A stretch of 64,000 bases of DNA from PVC group bacterium (lineage in GTDB: Bacteria > Omnitrophota > Gorgyraeia > B26-G9), in contig JAAEQR010000142.1 of assembly GCA_024231215.1 (NCBI GenBank), positions 228,593 through 292,592 on the forward strand, given 5' to 3'. The position numbers were made by a program, and so were the translations under genes. Positions 8,211 through 17,178 of this stretch are shown piece by piece (position 1 is the stretch's first letter; the number at the start of each line of letters is the position of its first letter). The notes beneath the pieces are model-generated. The model was not told the origin of the DNA and ran no database searches. It saw only the letters and a program-made list of their open reading frames with translations.

Positions 8211-9569
8211 CTATAGTCCGTAACGTTTAATCTTATAGTCTAAGTTCCGGCGAGTCATTTTAAGCTTCTGAGCAACCAAGTTTTTATTGCCGCTTGTTTC
8301 GACCAGAGTTTTAGCAATCAACTCTTTCTCAAACTGCTCCACCTTATCCTTCAAAGACTCCTCAGATGCCAGTATATTGTTCGCTTCCGGCGACTGAGCA
8401 AAATCAGAAATACGCTGCGGCAGATCTGTAGCAGCAATAATGTCCTGCTCTCCTAAGGTAACTGCGCTTTCTACTGCATTTTCAAGCTCCCGCACATTAC
8501 CGGGCCAATGATAAGAAAGCATAACATCCATAGCTTCTTCAGAAAATCTTTTAACAGGCTTGCCTGGCATTTGATATTTTTTTAAAAAATGGGGTAAAAG
8601 AAGCGAAATATCTTCTTTTCTTTGCTGTAAAGAAGGTAGATATACAGAAATTACACTAATGCGATAGAAAAGATCTTTTCTAAAGTTACCCCTTTTGACT
8701 TCCTCTTCTAAGTTCCTATTTGTAGCCGCAACAATTCGCACGTCAACTTTAATGTTTTTAGTTGCACCAACCGATCGAATTTCTTTCTCCTGCAATGCCC
8801 TTAATAATTTTGCCTGCATAGCCGGAGATGTCTCTCCTATCTCATCTAAGAATAACGTCCCCCCCACGGCAACCTCAAACAACCCCTGTTTTGTAGATAT
8901 CGCACCGGTAAAAGATCCTTTTACATGTCCAAAAAGTTCGCTCTCTAAAAGATCATCCGGAAGTGCTCCGCAATCTATAGAAACAAACGGTTTTCCCGCC
9001 CTTAGACTATTGTAATGCATTGCTTTGGCAATCAGCTCTTTTCCCGTACCACTTTCCCCGTTAATTAATACTGTAGTATTGGTCTTTGCAACTTTATCAA
9101 CCATATCAAATACTTTTTGCATGGGCTTGCTTTTTCCAATTATATTTGCAAAGCGATAGCGTTCCTTTAATTTTTTCTGTGTTGATTTATCTTCGGAAAA
9201 TATTCTTTTTTGACTAAAAGCCTTCTTTATTACTAACTTTATATCCTGCAGCTTAAACGGCTTGGTTAAATAATCATGTGCTCCATAACGCAAAGATTTT
9301 ACCGCTGTTTCCACAGATGCATAAGCCGTAATAATTAAAACAATAATCTCTGGATTATGCGTTTTTACCTGCCGAAGAAGTTCAAGCCCGCTCACCTCTC
9401 CCATCCGGACATCTGTAATCACCATATCAAATGCCTCTTTACGAAAAAGTTCAAGCCCCTTTTCCGCTGAGACAGCACATTTGACAGAATAGCCTTCATT
9501 TTCTAAAACAACACTAAGCCATTCCAAAAGATCTTTTTCATCATCAACTAAAAGAATACGTCCACTCAT
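8211..9569 (-). CDS. pilR: sigma54-dependent response regulator (PilR/NtrC family)
   Basis: REC domain, GESGTGKE, ESELFGHVKGSFTGA, WPGNVREL, Fis-type HTH. Confidence 0.88.
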   Translation of the reverse strand: MSGRILLVDDEKDLLEWLSVVLENEGYSVKCAVSAEKGLELFRKEAFDMVITDVRMGEVSGLELLRQVKTHNPEIIVLIITAYASVETAVKSLRYGAHDYLTKPFKLQDIKLVIKKAFSQKRIFSEDKSTQKKLKERYRFANIIGKSKPMQKVFDMVDKVAKTNTTVLINGESGTGKELIAKAMHYNSLRAGKPFVSIDCGALPDDLLESELFGHVKGSFTGAISTKQGLFEVAVGGTLFLDEIGETSPAMQAKLLRALQEKEIRSVGATKNIKVDVRIVAATNRNLEEEVKRGNFRKDLFYRISVISVYLPSLQQRKEDISLLLPHFLKKYQMPGKPVKRFSEEAMDVMLSYHWPGNVRELENAVESAVTLGEQDIIAATDLPQRISDFAQSPEANNILASEESLKDKVEQFEKELIAKTLVETSGNKNLVAQKLKMTRRNLDYKIKRYGL

Positions 9570-9585
9570 ATCTTAACTTTCTTTT

Positions 9586-10833
9586 TTAATTATTAATAGG
9601 GAGAGTTACTTTAAACGTCGCCCCCTTCCCTAATACACTAACTACATCAATCGTTCCTTTATGTTCTTTTATTATACTATAAACAATTGACAACCCCAAC
9701 CCCACACCTTTTTCCTTTCCGCTGGAAAAAGGTTCAAATAGATTATTTAAAAGTTCTTTATCTATCCCTACACCATTGTCGCCAATTTCTATTTCTACAA
9801 AGCTTTTTTTCTCATCCATGCTTTGCCTAATCGTAATTTTTCCTTTTTCTCCAACTGCTTCTACCGCATTGATCAATAGATTGAAAAACACCTGCTTAAT
9901 ATGTTCTCCGTCACAACTAACTTTTATTCCTTTAAGACTTTTCGCCTTTTCAATCACGACGCCAGGCTTAAAATCCTTACTATTCTGAACCAGCATCAAA
10001 ACCTCATCCATAAGTTCATCAGTAGAAACAGATTCCAATCGTAATTTTCTAGGCTTAACATATTCCAGCAAACCATTAATAATATTATTTAATCTTGCCG
10101 TTTCCTTTATAATAAGATTGAACAGTTTTTGGCTATTATCATCTAACGTGATCATATCATTTAACGCCTCCACACATCCGGATATTGATGCCAAAGGATT
10201 GCGTATTTCATGCGCCGTGCTTGCCGCTAGTTTGCCTATCGCCGAAAGCCTGTCTTCACGCCGCAACTTTTCCTCTAAAGACATTACGACTTTATCACGT
10301 TTTTTTACCTGCGCAGCAATATACGCGCTTAAAAATCCGATAATACAAAAAACCGTAACCCGTAGATATAGTAAAGAAAAAACATATGTGCTTTCCCTCG
10401 GAAAAATTGAGATAATATTAGACGGCAATGGAATAATCGCGTAATATTCCAAGCTCACAACTGCAGAGTACAAAATACTGCCTAACAATGCAATTATTAC
10501 AGCTGCGCGAGGAGAAATAAGAATACTTGCGGCAATAGAAGAAAGTGGGTACAAAATACCTAATACCGAGTCAATCCCTCCGGTATAATGAATAAGCAAT
10601 GTTTCAAGAGTGAGATCGATTATGATTTGCGCATAAAGAAATCCTACAGTGGTAGAGATTCGGCTTAAGAGAAGCAATGAATATACTATCGTTAATAAAT
10701 AGATACTCGCTACAAAAAGATATACCGGAGTTCGGGCAAGTCCAAACAAAGCAGTATTGACAACTAGTATTACCGTGGCAATACAAAAACGAAAAATGAT
10801 AATTTTATATAACTCAGCTTTATTGTTTAACAT
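9586..10833 (-). CDS. pilS: Membrane sensor histidine kinase PilS-like
   Basis: About 6 N-terminal TMs (YTGGIDS), AHEIRNPL H-box, GVGLGL; cotranscribed with pilR. Confidence 0.85.
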   Translation of the reverse strand: MLNNKAELYKIIIFRFCIATVILVVNTALFGLARTPVYLFVASIYLLTIVYSLLLLSRISTTVGFLYAQIIIDLTLETLLIHYTGGIDSVLGILYPLSSIAASILISPRAAVIIALLGSILYSAVVSLEYYAIIPLPSNIISIFPRESTYVFSLLYLRVTVFCIIGFLSAYIAAQVKKRDKVVMSLEEKLRREDRLSAIGKLAASTAHEIRNPLASISGCVEALNDMITLDDNSQKLFNLIIKETARLNNIINGLLEYVKPRKLRLESVSTDELMDEVLMLVQNSKDFKPGVVIEKAKSLKGIKVSCDGEHIKQVFFNLLINAVEAVGEKGKITIRQSMDEKKSFVEIEIGDNGVGIDKELLNNLFEPFSSGKEKGVGLGLSIVYSIIKEHKGTIDVVSVLGKGATFKVTLPINN

Positions 10834-10850
10834 TGAAATTATTAGAAGAT

Positions 10851-11384
10851 CTATCCCTCAATCGCTGCATCTTCCTGCTGTTTCCCCTCTTCCTTGCTTT
10901 CTGTTTGCGCTTTAGGTTCTTCCTCTTCAAAAAGATATTTATAAGGCTCTTCCATCTGTGGCTCCAGCGGATATTGCTGAAATCCGGCTTCTTCTTGAGT
11001 CATCTTACCCCATTGCTTCTGACCAGAAGTAATAGACTCATTATTCTCACGATGCTCTTCGGGTATAGCATCTTTATTCTGCGGATCTTCTATAAACGGA
11101 TCAACATACTTCTTTTCCATCTCTTTCGGGAAATAATAAGAATGTTTCGCTCTCTGTATCGGCGCCTGCGCCCTGGTCCCTAAAGGCGCTTTTGAGGGTG
11201 AACCATAATTAGTTTTATATATACGCACCGGCTTTTTATCAGTAACCTGATCCCCCGGCTTTTGGTCTTTTAATATCTGGGTTTTTTGAGATACACGCTG
11301 CATTGTATTACTCACGCCAAAAATAACAATAACAACTAATACCAAAGCTGCCGCAATTAAAATACTCTTTACTTTTTTATCCAT
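10851..11384 (-). CDS. Hypothetical membrane-anchored protein, Q/E/K/P-rich
   Basis: N-terminal TM, AGGG SD, co-oriented 17 bp upstream of pilS. Confidence 0.7.
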   Translation of the reverse strand: MDKKVKSILIAAALVLVVIVIFGVSNTMQRVSQKTQILKDQKPGDQVTDKKPVRIYKTNYGSPSKAPLGTRAQAPIQRAKHSYYFPKEMEKKYVDPFIEDPQNKDAIPEEHRENNESITSGQKQWGKMTQEEAGFQQYPLEPQMEEPYKYLFEEEEPKAQTESKEEGKQQEDAAIEG

Positions 11385-11525
11385 AACTTCCCTCTTTAAT
11401 TATTATATTAGCACCCCTGTAGTATATTAATACAGCCCTTTTCGAAAACACTCTAAGGGCTGTATAATTTGGCTTTATATATTAGTATACTACGTTCTTC
11501 CCGATTAATCCATCATTCTGTATTC

Positions 11526-11690
11526 AACCCAGAATTTGCATTAGGACACAACGAATAGCACTAATCTTTTTGGCTTAAACAAATTACAAAAAGACTCGAC
11601 GTACCCAAAGAGTATGCCTGCATTTTTTGTAACTGTTTCAGCTCAAAAATCTTAGCACTCTTCATCTGTGTCTAATTCAAAATCTAGGTT
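11526..11690. repeat. ~165 bp imperfect palindromic element (MITE/RPE-like)
   Basis: Left arm AACCCAGAATTTGCATTAGGACACA...TTACAAAAAG versus reverse complement of right arm AACCTAGATTTTGAATTAGACACA...TTACAAAAAA; centre GACGTACCCAAAGAGTATGCC. Confidence 0.7.
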
Positions 11691-14427
11691 AAAAACTAAT
11701 TTGATTGAAAAAATCAATACTTACTTCTTGCCATAAAGACTCTGAACCTCCGAAGAAAACATCCGAAGGAGAGCGTGTAGCCGTCTTAAATCTTCGATCA
11801 TAGGACAAGTAAACTTTAGACGGAGATTTTAGAGCAAAATAACTTGTCCAGCTTCCGCCGACCTTTCTACCCCGGCTGCTCTGCCCTAAACTCGTCGATT
11901 TATACGATGAACTCCATTCATAATCTACAAAATCATATTTTGGAGCTGTGAATTCTCCGTTTTTATCCAAAATAAAAAATGCACCGGATAAAATTTTATC
12001 GCGGTCAACCGTCTTCTTATTTGCTGAATCCCAGTAACTCCAGTTCTCTAATGTTTCTCCCTTAGTTCCACGATTGCAGGCAAGAACCGTATTGTATTTA
12101 TGATGTTCATACACCCGGTTAGGCATCATACCATAAGTATAATTCTCTCCACTTGCCGGCCAGCTGAATGTAGCTGTCTTTGTACCGCTCGGATCGTGAT
12201 GCCAAAATAGACGCTTATAAGTATCGTCTTTACTAACAATTCCATTTTTAATATTTACTTCATTAGCATCTGATATAGATGGATAATAATCTTCCCATTG
12301 ATAATTTAGTCGCCAATGTTCAACCCAAAACCCGCCTCCTTTGTTTGGATCAGATTCTGCATAAATTCCGCTTGCCGCATCTTTCTTAACATACATATAA
12401 GGATAATCACGATAATGCGAAGTAGCCGGGCTTACCTGAGGATCATTGAAATCATCAGATAAGGTATATACCCTTTTCTTACTAACAATCGCGCTGGTCA
12501 CCCAGTCTGCTGTATTGTAATTTCCTTTCAGGTAAATATTTTCTTCTCCCAAAACCGTAAATCCATAATTTGCCATCTTACGCGGAAGTTTTTTCGCGTT
12601 TGCCAAACGTAAAGGAACTTTCGTATAAAGGATTCCGTTGTCCGGATAATTCCCGGCTTTTTGCATTTCATCTACATCTATTTCAAGAATCACATTCCAC
12701 TTATTCGTTCTTGTGTTAATAAATTCAACTTTTTTGGCTACATTATATGTATGTCCGTTATTTAAATCTGTTACTGCATCATCAATGCTTTTTTCAAGGA
12801 TATTCTGCCATTCGTTGTAGTCATTAAATTTACCGTCAAAATCTGTATGCAAATCAACATATAATCCGCCGCGTTCTGCCAACTTTGCATAGGCAGTATC
12901 AAATTCAGGCGGAGTCAAATATTCACCACCGGTATTACAATCCCGCACAATACCATCTAAACCAGCAGAATTCTTTAAAAAATCTTCCCATGCTGTCGGC
13001 TGTTTTTTTGTTTCTAAATGTTTTACCGGGATAGTTCCTCCACCCGCACGTTCATCTCCATATGTCCCGTCAAATACTACTTCAGGATTAAAAAAATCCG
13101 GCCAATCAGAATGACTCCCACGCGCTTTCCAATAATCAGGACTGCGAAACATCTCCCAATACGTTTTAGCATTCGGATGTTTTCCTAATTTAGATTTATC
13201 AACCCAAACCACCTTGCCTGATTCTATATCCCACCATGTATCTTTTACATCAACTTTCTTATTTCCTTTATCATATGTCCAGAAAGACACCGGAGTCTCG
13301 CTTGAGGCATCACCACTGCCATAAGCATCTCCTTTATACTTCTGCCACATCCAGGTCTCATCTATTTCTGCGGGAAGCTCATCCCATTTTCCGGAAATTA
13401 TTTCACCGGTATCTTCATCTATCCCCTCATAAGGCTGTAACCACAGATTGTATTTATTTAAAGGCTTACCACTATCATTCACCACCCCATAATAAGAAGA
13501 TCCTGATGGAATCTCATTCCAGGGCAGCCTATCCCCGCTAAAAGCCCATTCTGTAGAACGATACGCCTCTCCCGGAAAGTAAGCAGCAAAGTCCCTAGCT
13601 TGAGATCTCCAATTCCAATGCCGGGTGCCATATTTATCCCAAGAATAATATCCCCATGGACCCGGATCATCCTTACCATCTCTTCTAAAAACATCACCCG
13701 GGTCATCTAATCTCATGATCGGCGCTTTTCCGTCCATAGTCCCATCGTAACGATCAGCATAATAAGGCGCCGGATAGCGATCATAGCACTGGTAATAAAT
13801 AGTCCCTTCATCTCCTGTACTTAACTCACTGATATTTTCCAAGGCAACATGTGAATCTATCTTGATATTCCCGTTGGTATGAATTCCTCCCCCATTAAGC
13901 CTGGGATGACTTCCTACCGAATTATTAAGATCAATACTATATGGACTATAGAAAAAGAAATCATAAATACCCCTCCGACTCAAGGTACAGGTTACCGCAC
14001 GTTGTTCATTCCCATCCATCCCCATGGCTACAACCACAGTCTTGTCTTCATCAATCTGATCCTGATAAGCCTTGACCATAAAGGTTCCGTCATCAGATAT
14101 ATAAAACCCGCCCCCGTCAAAAGAACAATCCGTTCTAAGCTTCTGATGGTAACCGGAATCTGAAGAATCTACCGGCAACAATGTATCTCTATCATCATTC
14201 CATTTATGGGTATACCACTGAGATGCAAACTCCTGAGATTCATAGGTAGCATAAGCAAGTCCCATCTCTGCGAAACTAAGCGCTTTCTTCCCTTCCACTT
14301 CTTTAGTAACACTCTTACGCTCACTAATCACCAGCATAAATAAAGAGGCCGACACAACAATAAGAACAAACATTACAATGTAGGTTGAAATTAGGATAGT
14401 TCCCTTTTTATTTAGTAGTAGTCTCAT
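11689..14427 (-). CDS. Large PilX-N-terminal minor pilin / pilus tip adhesin-like protein
   Basis: KKG-TILISTYIVM PilX-type N-terminus, ALSFAEMGL, IHTNGNI; 912 aa rich in W/Y/D/G; follows pilV/pilW-like genes. Confidence 0.7.
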   Translation of the reverse strand: MRLLLNKKGTILISTYIVMFVLIVVSASLFMLVISERKSVTKEVEGKKALSFAEMGLAYATYESQEFASQWYTHKWNDDRDTLLPVDSSDSGYHQKLRTDCSFDGGGFYISDDGTFMVKAYQDQIDEDKTVVVAMGMDGNEQRAVTCTLSRRGIYDFFFYSPYSIDLNNSVGSHPRLNGGGIHTNGNIKIDSHVALENISELSTGDEGTIYYQCYDRYPAPYYADRYDGTMDGKAPIMRLDDPGDVFRRDGKDDPGPWGYYSWDKYGTRHWNWRSQARDFAAYFPGEAYRSTEWAFSGDRLPWNEIPSGSSYYGVVNDSGKPLNKYNLWLQPYEGIDEDTGEIISGKWDELPAEIDETWMWQKYKGDAYGSGDASSETPVSFWTYDKGNKKVDVKDTWWDIESGKVVWVDKSKLGKHPNAKTYWEMFRSPDYWKARGSHSDWPDFFNPEVVFDGTYGDERAGGGTIPVKHLETKKQPTAWEDFLKNSAGLDGIVRDCNTGGEYLTPPEFDTAYAKLAERGGLYVDLHTDFDGKFNDYNEWQNILEKSIDDAVTDLNNGHTYNVAKKVEFINTRTNKWNVILEIDVDEMQKAGNYPDNGILYTKVPLRLANAKKLPRKMANYGFTVLGEENIYLKGNYNTADWVTSAIVSKKRVYTLSDDFNDPQVSPATSHYRDYPYMYVKKDAASGIYAESDPNKGGGFWVEHWRLNYQWEDYYPSISDANEVNIKNGIVSKDDTYKRLFWHHDPSGTKTATFSWPASGENYTYGMMPNRVYEHHKYNTVLACNRGTKGETLENWSYWDSANKKTVDRDKILSGAFFILDKNGEFTAPKYDFVDYEWSSSYKSTSLGQSSRGRKVGGSWTSYFALKSPSKVYLSYDRRFKTATRSPSDVFFGGSESLWQEVSIDFFNQISF

Positions 14428-14439
14428 TGTCCCCTCCTT

Positions 14440-15084
14440 TTAATTGCGCCAGTACACCCTATTATTCAAGGTTATATTCAATGGATCACTCAAACATCGC
14501 CCTCTGAGTGTATCCTTTTCCGTCTTAATTTCAATCTCTACAAGTTCAATTAAAGAATCCACAACATACCCTTTTGATCCTGCATCATATTTATATCCTG
14601 TCACTTTAAAATCAGCTACATCTTCGGATGTTATAACCTGATCAATCAAAGTATTACTATCGTCCCAAACCCTGCGTAATATCTGGTTTGAGCTATCATC
14701 CCAACAATACTCAATAGACCAATCTATATTAGCTTCAGCTCCCCATTCAATCCGCCCATACGCATCCAAGCCCACCGGAACCTGAAAAACAATACTTTTA
14801 CCGGCATTAGGATTAGCTGCTGCCCCCCCCTGGTCTATAGGCATATCATATATTTCCGCATAGGTCCCCTTAGAAACTCTCATCTCCTTTACCATATCAT
14901 TAACAACTTTTCTAGCCTGTTTAGATATATCCCATTTGCCCAAGCACTGATCCGTAAAATAATTATGTGATATGAGAGCGCTGAACAATGTTCCGATCAC
15001 CACGGTATAAATTCCCAAAGACACAATCATCTCTGTTAAAGTAAAACCACTTTTATCCGTTAAATATCTTTTTTTAAATTTCAC
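14440..15084 (-). CDS. Minor pilin PilW-like
   Basis: SG|FTLTEMIVSL prepilin motif; C-terminal RN typical of PilW/PulJ. Confidence 0.82.
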   Translation of the reverse strand: MKFKKRYLTDKSGFTLTEMIVSLGIYTVVIGTLFSALISHNYFTDQCLGKWDISKQARKVVNDMVKEMRVSKGTYAEIYDMPIDQGGAAANPNAGKSIVFQVPVGLDAYGRIEWGAEANIDWSIEYCWDDSSNQILRRVWDDSNTLIDQVITSEDVADFKVTGYKYDAGSKGYVVDSLIELVEIEIKTEKDTLRGRCLSDPLNITLNNRVYWRN

Positions 15085-15097
15085 TTAACCCATCCTC

Positions 15098-15556
15098 CTA
15101 TTTATAAATAATTGCTGTTTCCATAGAACAAGGAGAATCTATTTGCCCATTACCATTCTCATCTTCTCCTCCGTCTAATACCCCGTTCAGGTTTTGATCT
15201 TCACCAATAACCCGGGTGCGCTGCCTCCAGCATACAACAACTTTTACCTTCATTAAGAAATCCGTTTCTATTTCATTAACATACACTACACCTATATTTT
15301 CAACCCCACGATTATCTAATTCATTTAAAGTAAATGAATTGCCCGCATAAACCGAAACAATATCATCGTAAGGCACATTACGGATTCCATCTATCATACC
15401 TTCGACCGCATGCATAGCCGGGGTTATATTTTCATTTAACTCATTCATTTGAAATAAATAATTAGTAGCCTGAAACGACGCTCCAAGAGCAATTGCCATA
15501 ACTGCCACTGAAATCAAAATCTCCACAAGTGTAAATCCTTTTTTCGCTTGTAGCAT
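15098..15556 (-). CDS. Minor pilin PilV-like with tandem DxNxNG motifs
   Basis: KG|FTLVEILISVAVM; EDQNLNGVLDGGEDENGNGQID; ATG 15556 preferred (ORF track 15574). Confidence 0.82.
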   Translation of the reverse strand: MLQAKKGFTLVEILISVAVMAIALGASFQATNYLFQMNELNENITPAMHAVEGMIDGIRNVPYDDIVSVYAGNSFTLNELDNRGVENIGVVYVNEIETDFLMKVKVVVCWRQRTRVIGEDQNLNGVLDGGEDENGNGQIDSPCSMETAIIYK

Positions 15557-15580
15557 AAACTTTCCCCTTTCCACTCCATA

Positions 15581-15624
15581 AAAAAATAGACCGAATTACC
15601 ATCCTTTACTTCGGTAACTCGGCC
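15581..15624 (-). terminator. Riboswitch expression-platform terminator
   Basis: Minus strand GGCCGAGTTACC pairs with GGTAATTCGGTC (12 bp including G-U pairs), followed by TATTTTTTT; overlaps the aptamer 3' arm. Confidence 0.75.
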
Positions 15625-15738
15625 GCCATTAATTTCTCCCCCTCAATTCGGTATCCCGGCTATCTGAAAGGAAAAACCTTTAGACCCGTAGCTTTGCGTC
15701 CCTAATTTTCACTAGGTTTGCCATTGTCGGTAAAAGGG
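15603..15738 (-). ncRNA. Cyclic di-GMP-I (GEMM-I) riboswitch upstream of the minor pilin operon
   Basis: Minus strand CGACAATGGCAAACCTAGTGAAAATTAGGGACGCAAAGCTACGGGTCTAA...GGCGGCCGAGTTACCG matches the GEMM-I consensus (GGCAAACC, GAAA tetraloop, GGGACGCAAAGC); G at the position-20 equivalent. Confidence 0.9.
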
Positions 15739-15779
15739 CATAAAATTATATAATATTGTCTCTTTACACTCCTATTTTA

Positions 15780-15808
15780 AGTATACCCTATCCAGCCGGC
15801 TTTGTCAA
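15780..15808 (-). promoter_or_regulatory. sigma70 promoter driving the riboswitch/minor pilin operon
   Basis: Minus strand TTGACA-17 bp-TATACT. Confidence 0.8.
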
Positions 15809-15854
15809 TGCTTTTACAATTGGTTTAACTGATTGACACCACTAATGTTAGTGT

Positions 15855-17060
15855 CTATCCGATAAGTTCCCCAATCTTTAAAATCGGTAAGAACATAGCG
15901 ATAACAATACCCCCTACAACAATACCCAAAAAGGCGATAATCAGAGGCTCTATTAAACTCGTAAGACCGCTTACTGCCGTATCTACCTGATCTTCATAAA
16001 AATCAGCAATTTTGCTTAACATTTTTTCTAATTCGCCGGATTCTTCTCCCACCGTAATCATCCTTGTAACCATCGGTGGAAATGCTCTGCTTTTTGCCAA
16101 TGGAGCAGAAATGCTTTCTCCTTCTCTAATTCCAACTCTCGCACTATCAACCGCTCCTTCAATAACCGTATTACCGGATGTCTTTCCCACAATTTCCAAT
16201 GCCCCTAAAATCGGTACACCGCTTCTAATAAGTGTCGAAAGGGTCCGGGAAAATCTAGCTACAGCTACTTTTCGCAGCAGCGGCCCGAAAACAGGAATAT
16301 TCAATTTCATTTGGTCAAATCTCTTTTTACCCACAGGAGTTTGAATAATTTTGCCTATAATAAAAATAAATCCAACAAGCCCGATTACACAATAAATAAA
16401 ATATGCGCGAAGCATATCCGAAAAATTAATAAGCAGCTGAGTTGGAAGCGGCAAAGTACCTCCTAATGATTCAAATATCTCTTTAAATGTAGGAATAACC
16501 TTTAATAACAAAACCAGCGTAATCCCCATCGCCATCAGAGAAACAACTGCGGGATAAACCATAGCTGACTTTACTTTTCCAGCCAATTTATTACTCTTCT
16601 CTAAGTAGCCGGCAAGCCTGTCTAAAATTTCATCAAGCATACCACTTGTCTCTCCAGCTCTCACCATATTGGTATAAAGTAATGTGAAAATCTTTGGATG
16701 TTTCTCCAAAGCCGCTGATAAACTTGCCCCTGCTTCAACATCTCCTCTTACCTCGGTAACTACCTGCCTAAAGATAGGGCTTTCCAGCTGTTCGCTTAAG
16801 ATATCCAAACTCTGCACCAATGGAATACCTGCATTAACCATTGTCGCTAACTGCCGGGAAAAGATTACTAATTCTTCAGATTTTACCGTTTTATTACGAA
16901 CCTTCTTTATAATGCTGGATTTCTTTTGCTCTGTTACTGAAATGATAATTAAATTCTTAACCCTCAACATATCCAAGGCTATTGCTCTATCTTTTGCCTC
17001 AATTAAATCATTAATCGTATTTCCTTCTTCATCCTTGGCTACATATTTAAAATATGCCAT
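15855..17060 (-). CDS. pilC: Type IV pilus inner membrane platform protein PilC (GspF family)
   Basis: FSRQLATMVNAGIPL, AGETSGML, KVKSAMVYP, GEESGEL, LIEPL; ATG 17060 with GGAGG SD. Confidence 0.95.
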   Translation of the reverse strand: MAYFKYVAKDEEGNTINDLIEAKDRAIALDMLRVKNLIIISVTEQKKSSIIKKVRNKTVKSEELVIFSRQLATMVNAGIPLVQSLDILSEQLESPIFRQVVTEVRGDVEAGASLSAALEKHPKIFTLLYTNMVRAGETSGMLDEILDRLAGYLEKSNKLAGKVKSAMVYPAVVSLMAMGITLVLLLKVIPTFKEIFESLGGTLPLPTQLLINFSDMLRAYFIYCVIGLVGFIFIIGKIIQTPVGKKRFDQMKLNIPVFGPLLRKVAVARFSRTLSTLIRSGVPILGALEIVGKTSGNTVIEGAVDSARVGIREGESISAPLAKSRAFPPMVTRMITVGEESGELEKMLSKIADFYEDQVDTAVSGLTSLIEPLIIAFLGIVVGGIVIAMFLPILKIGELIG

Positions 17061-17178
17061 ACAGCCTCCTTTTTTAAGCAACAAACAGCAATAAAATATC
17101 TAAAAATCATAATTTACAAATTACCAGCTACTATTTATAACTATTATATATTATTTCTTTTTATAAAGAAATATTTTT

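Noticed and set aside
15603-15738. Possible 3',3'-cGAMP (GEMM-Ib) riboswitch as seen upstream of Geobacter pilin genes
   Set aside because: The discriminator position before GCAAACC is G rather than A, and the local cyclase was not shown to be Hypr-type; c-di-GMP is more likely, though untested
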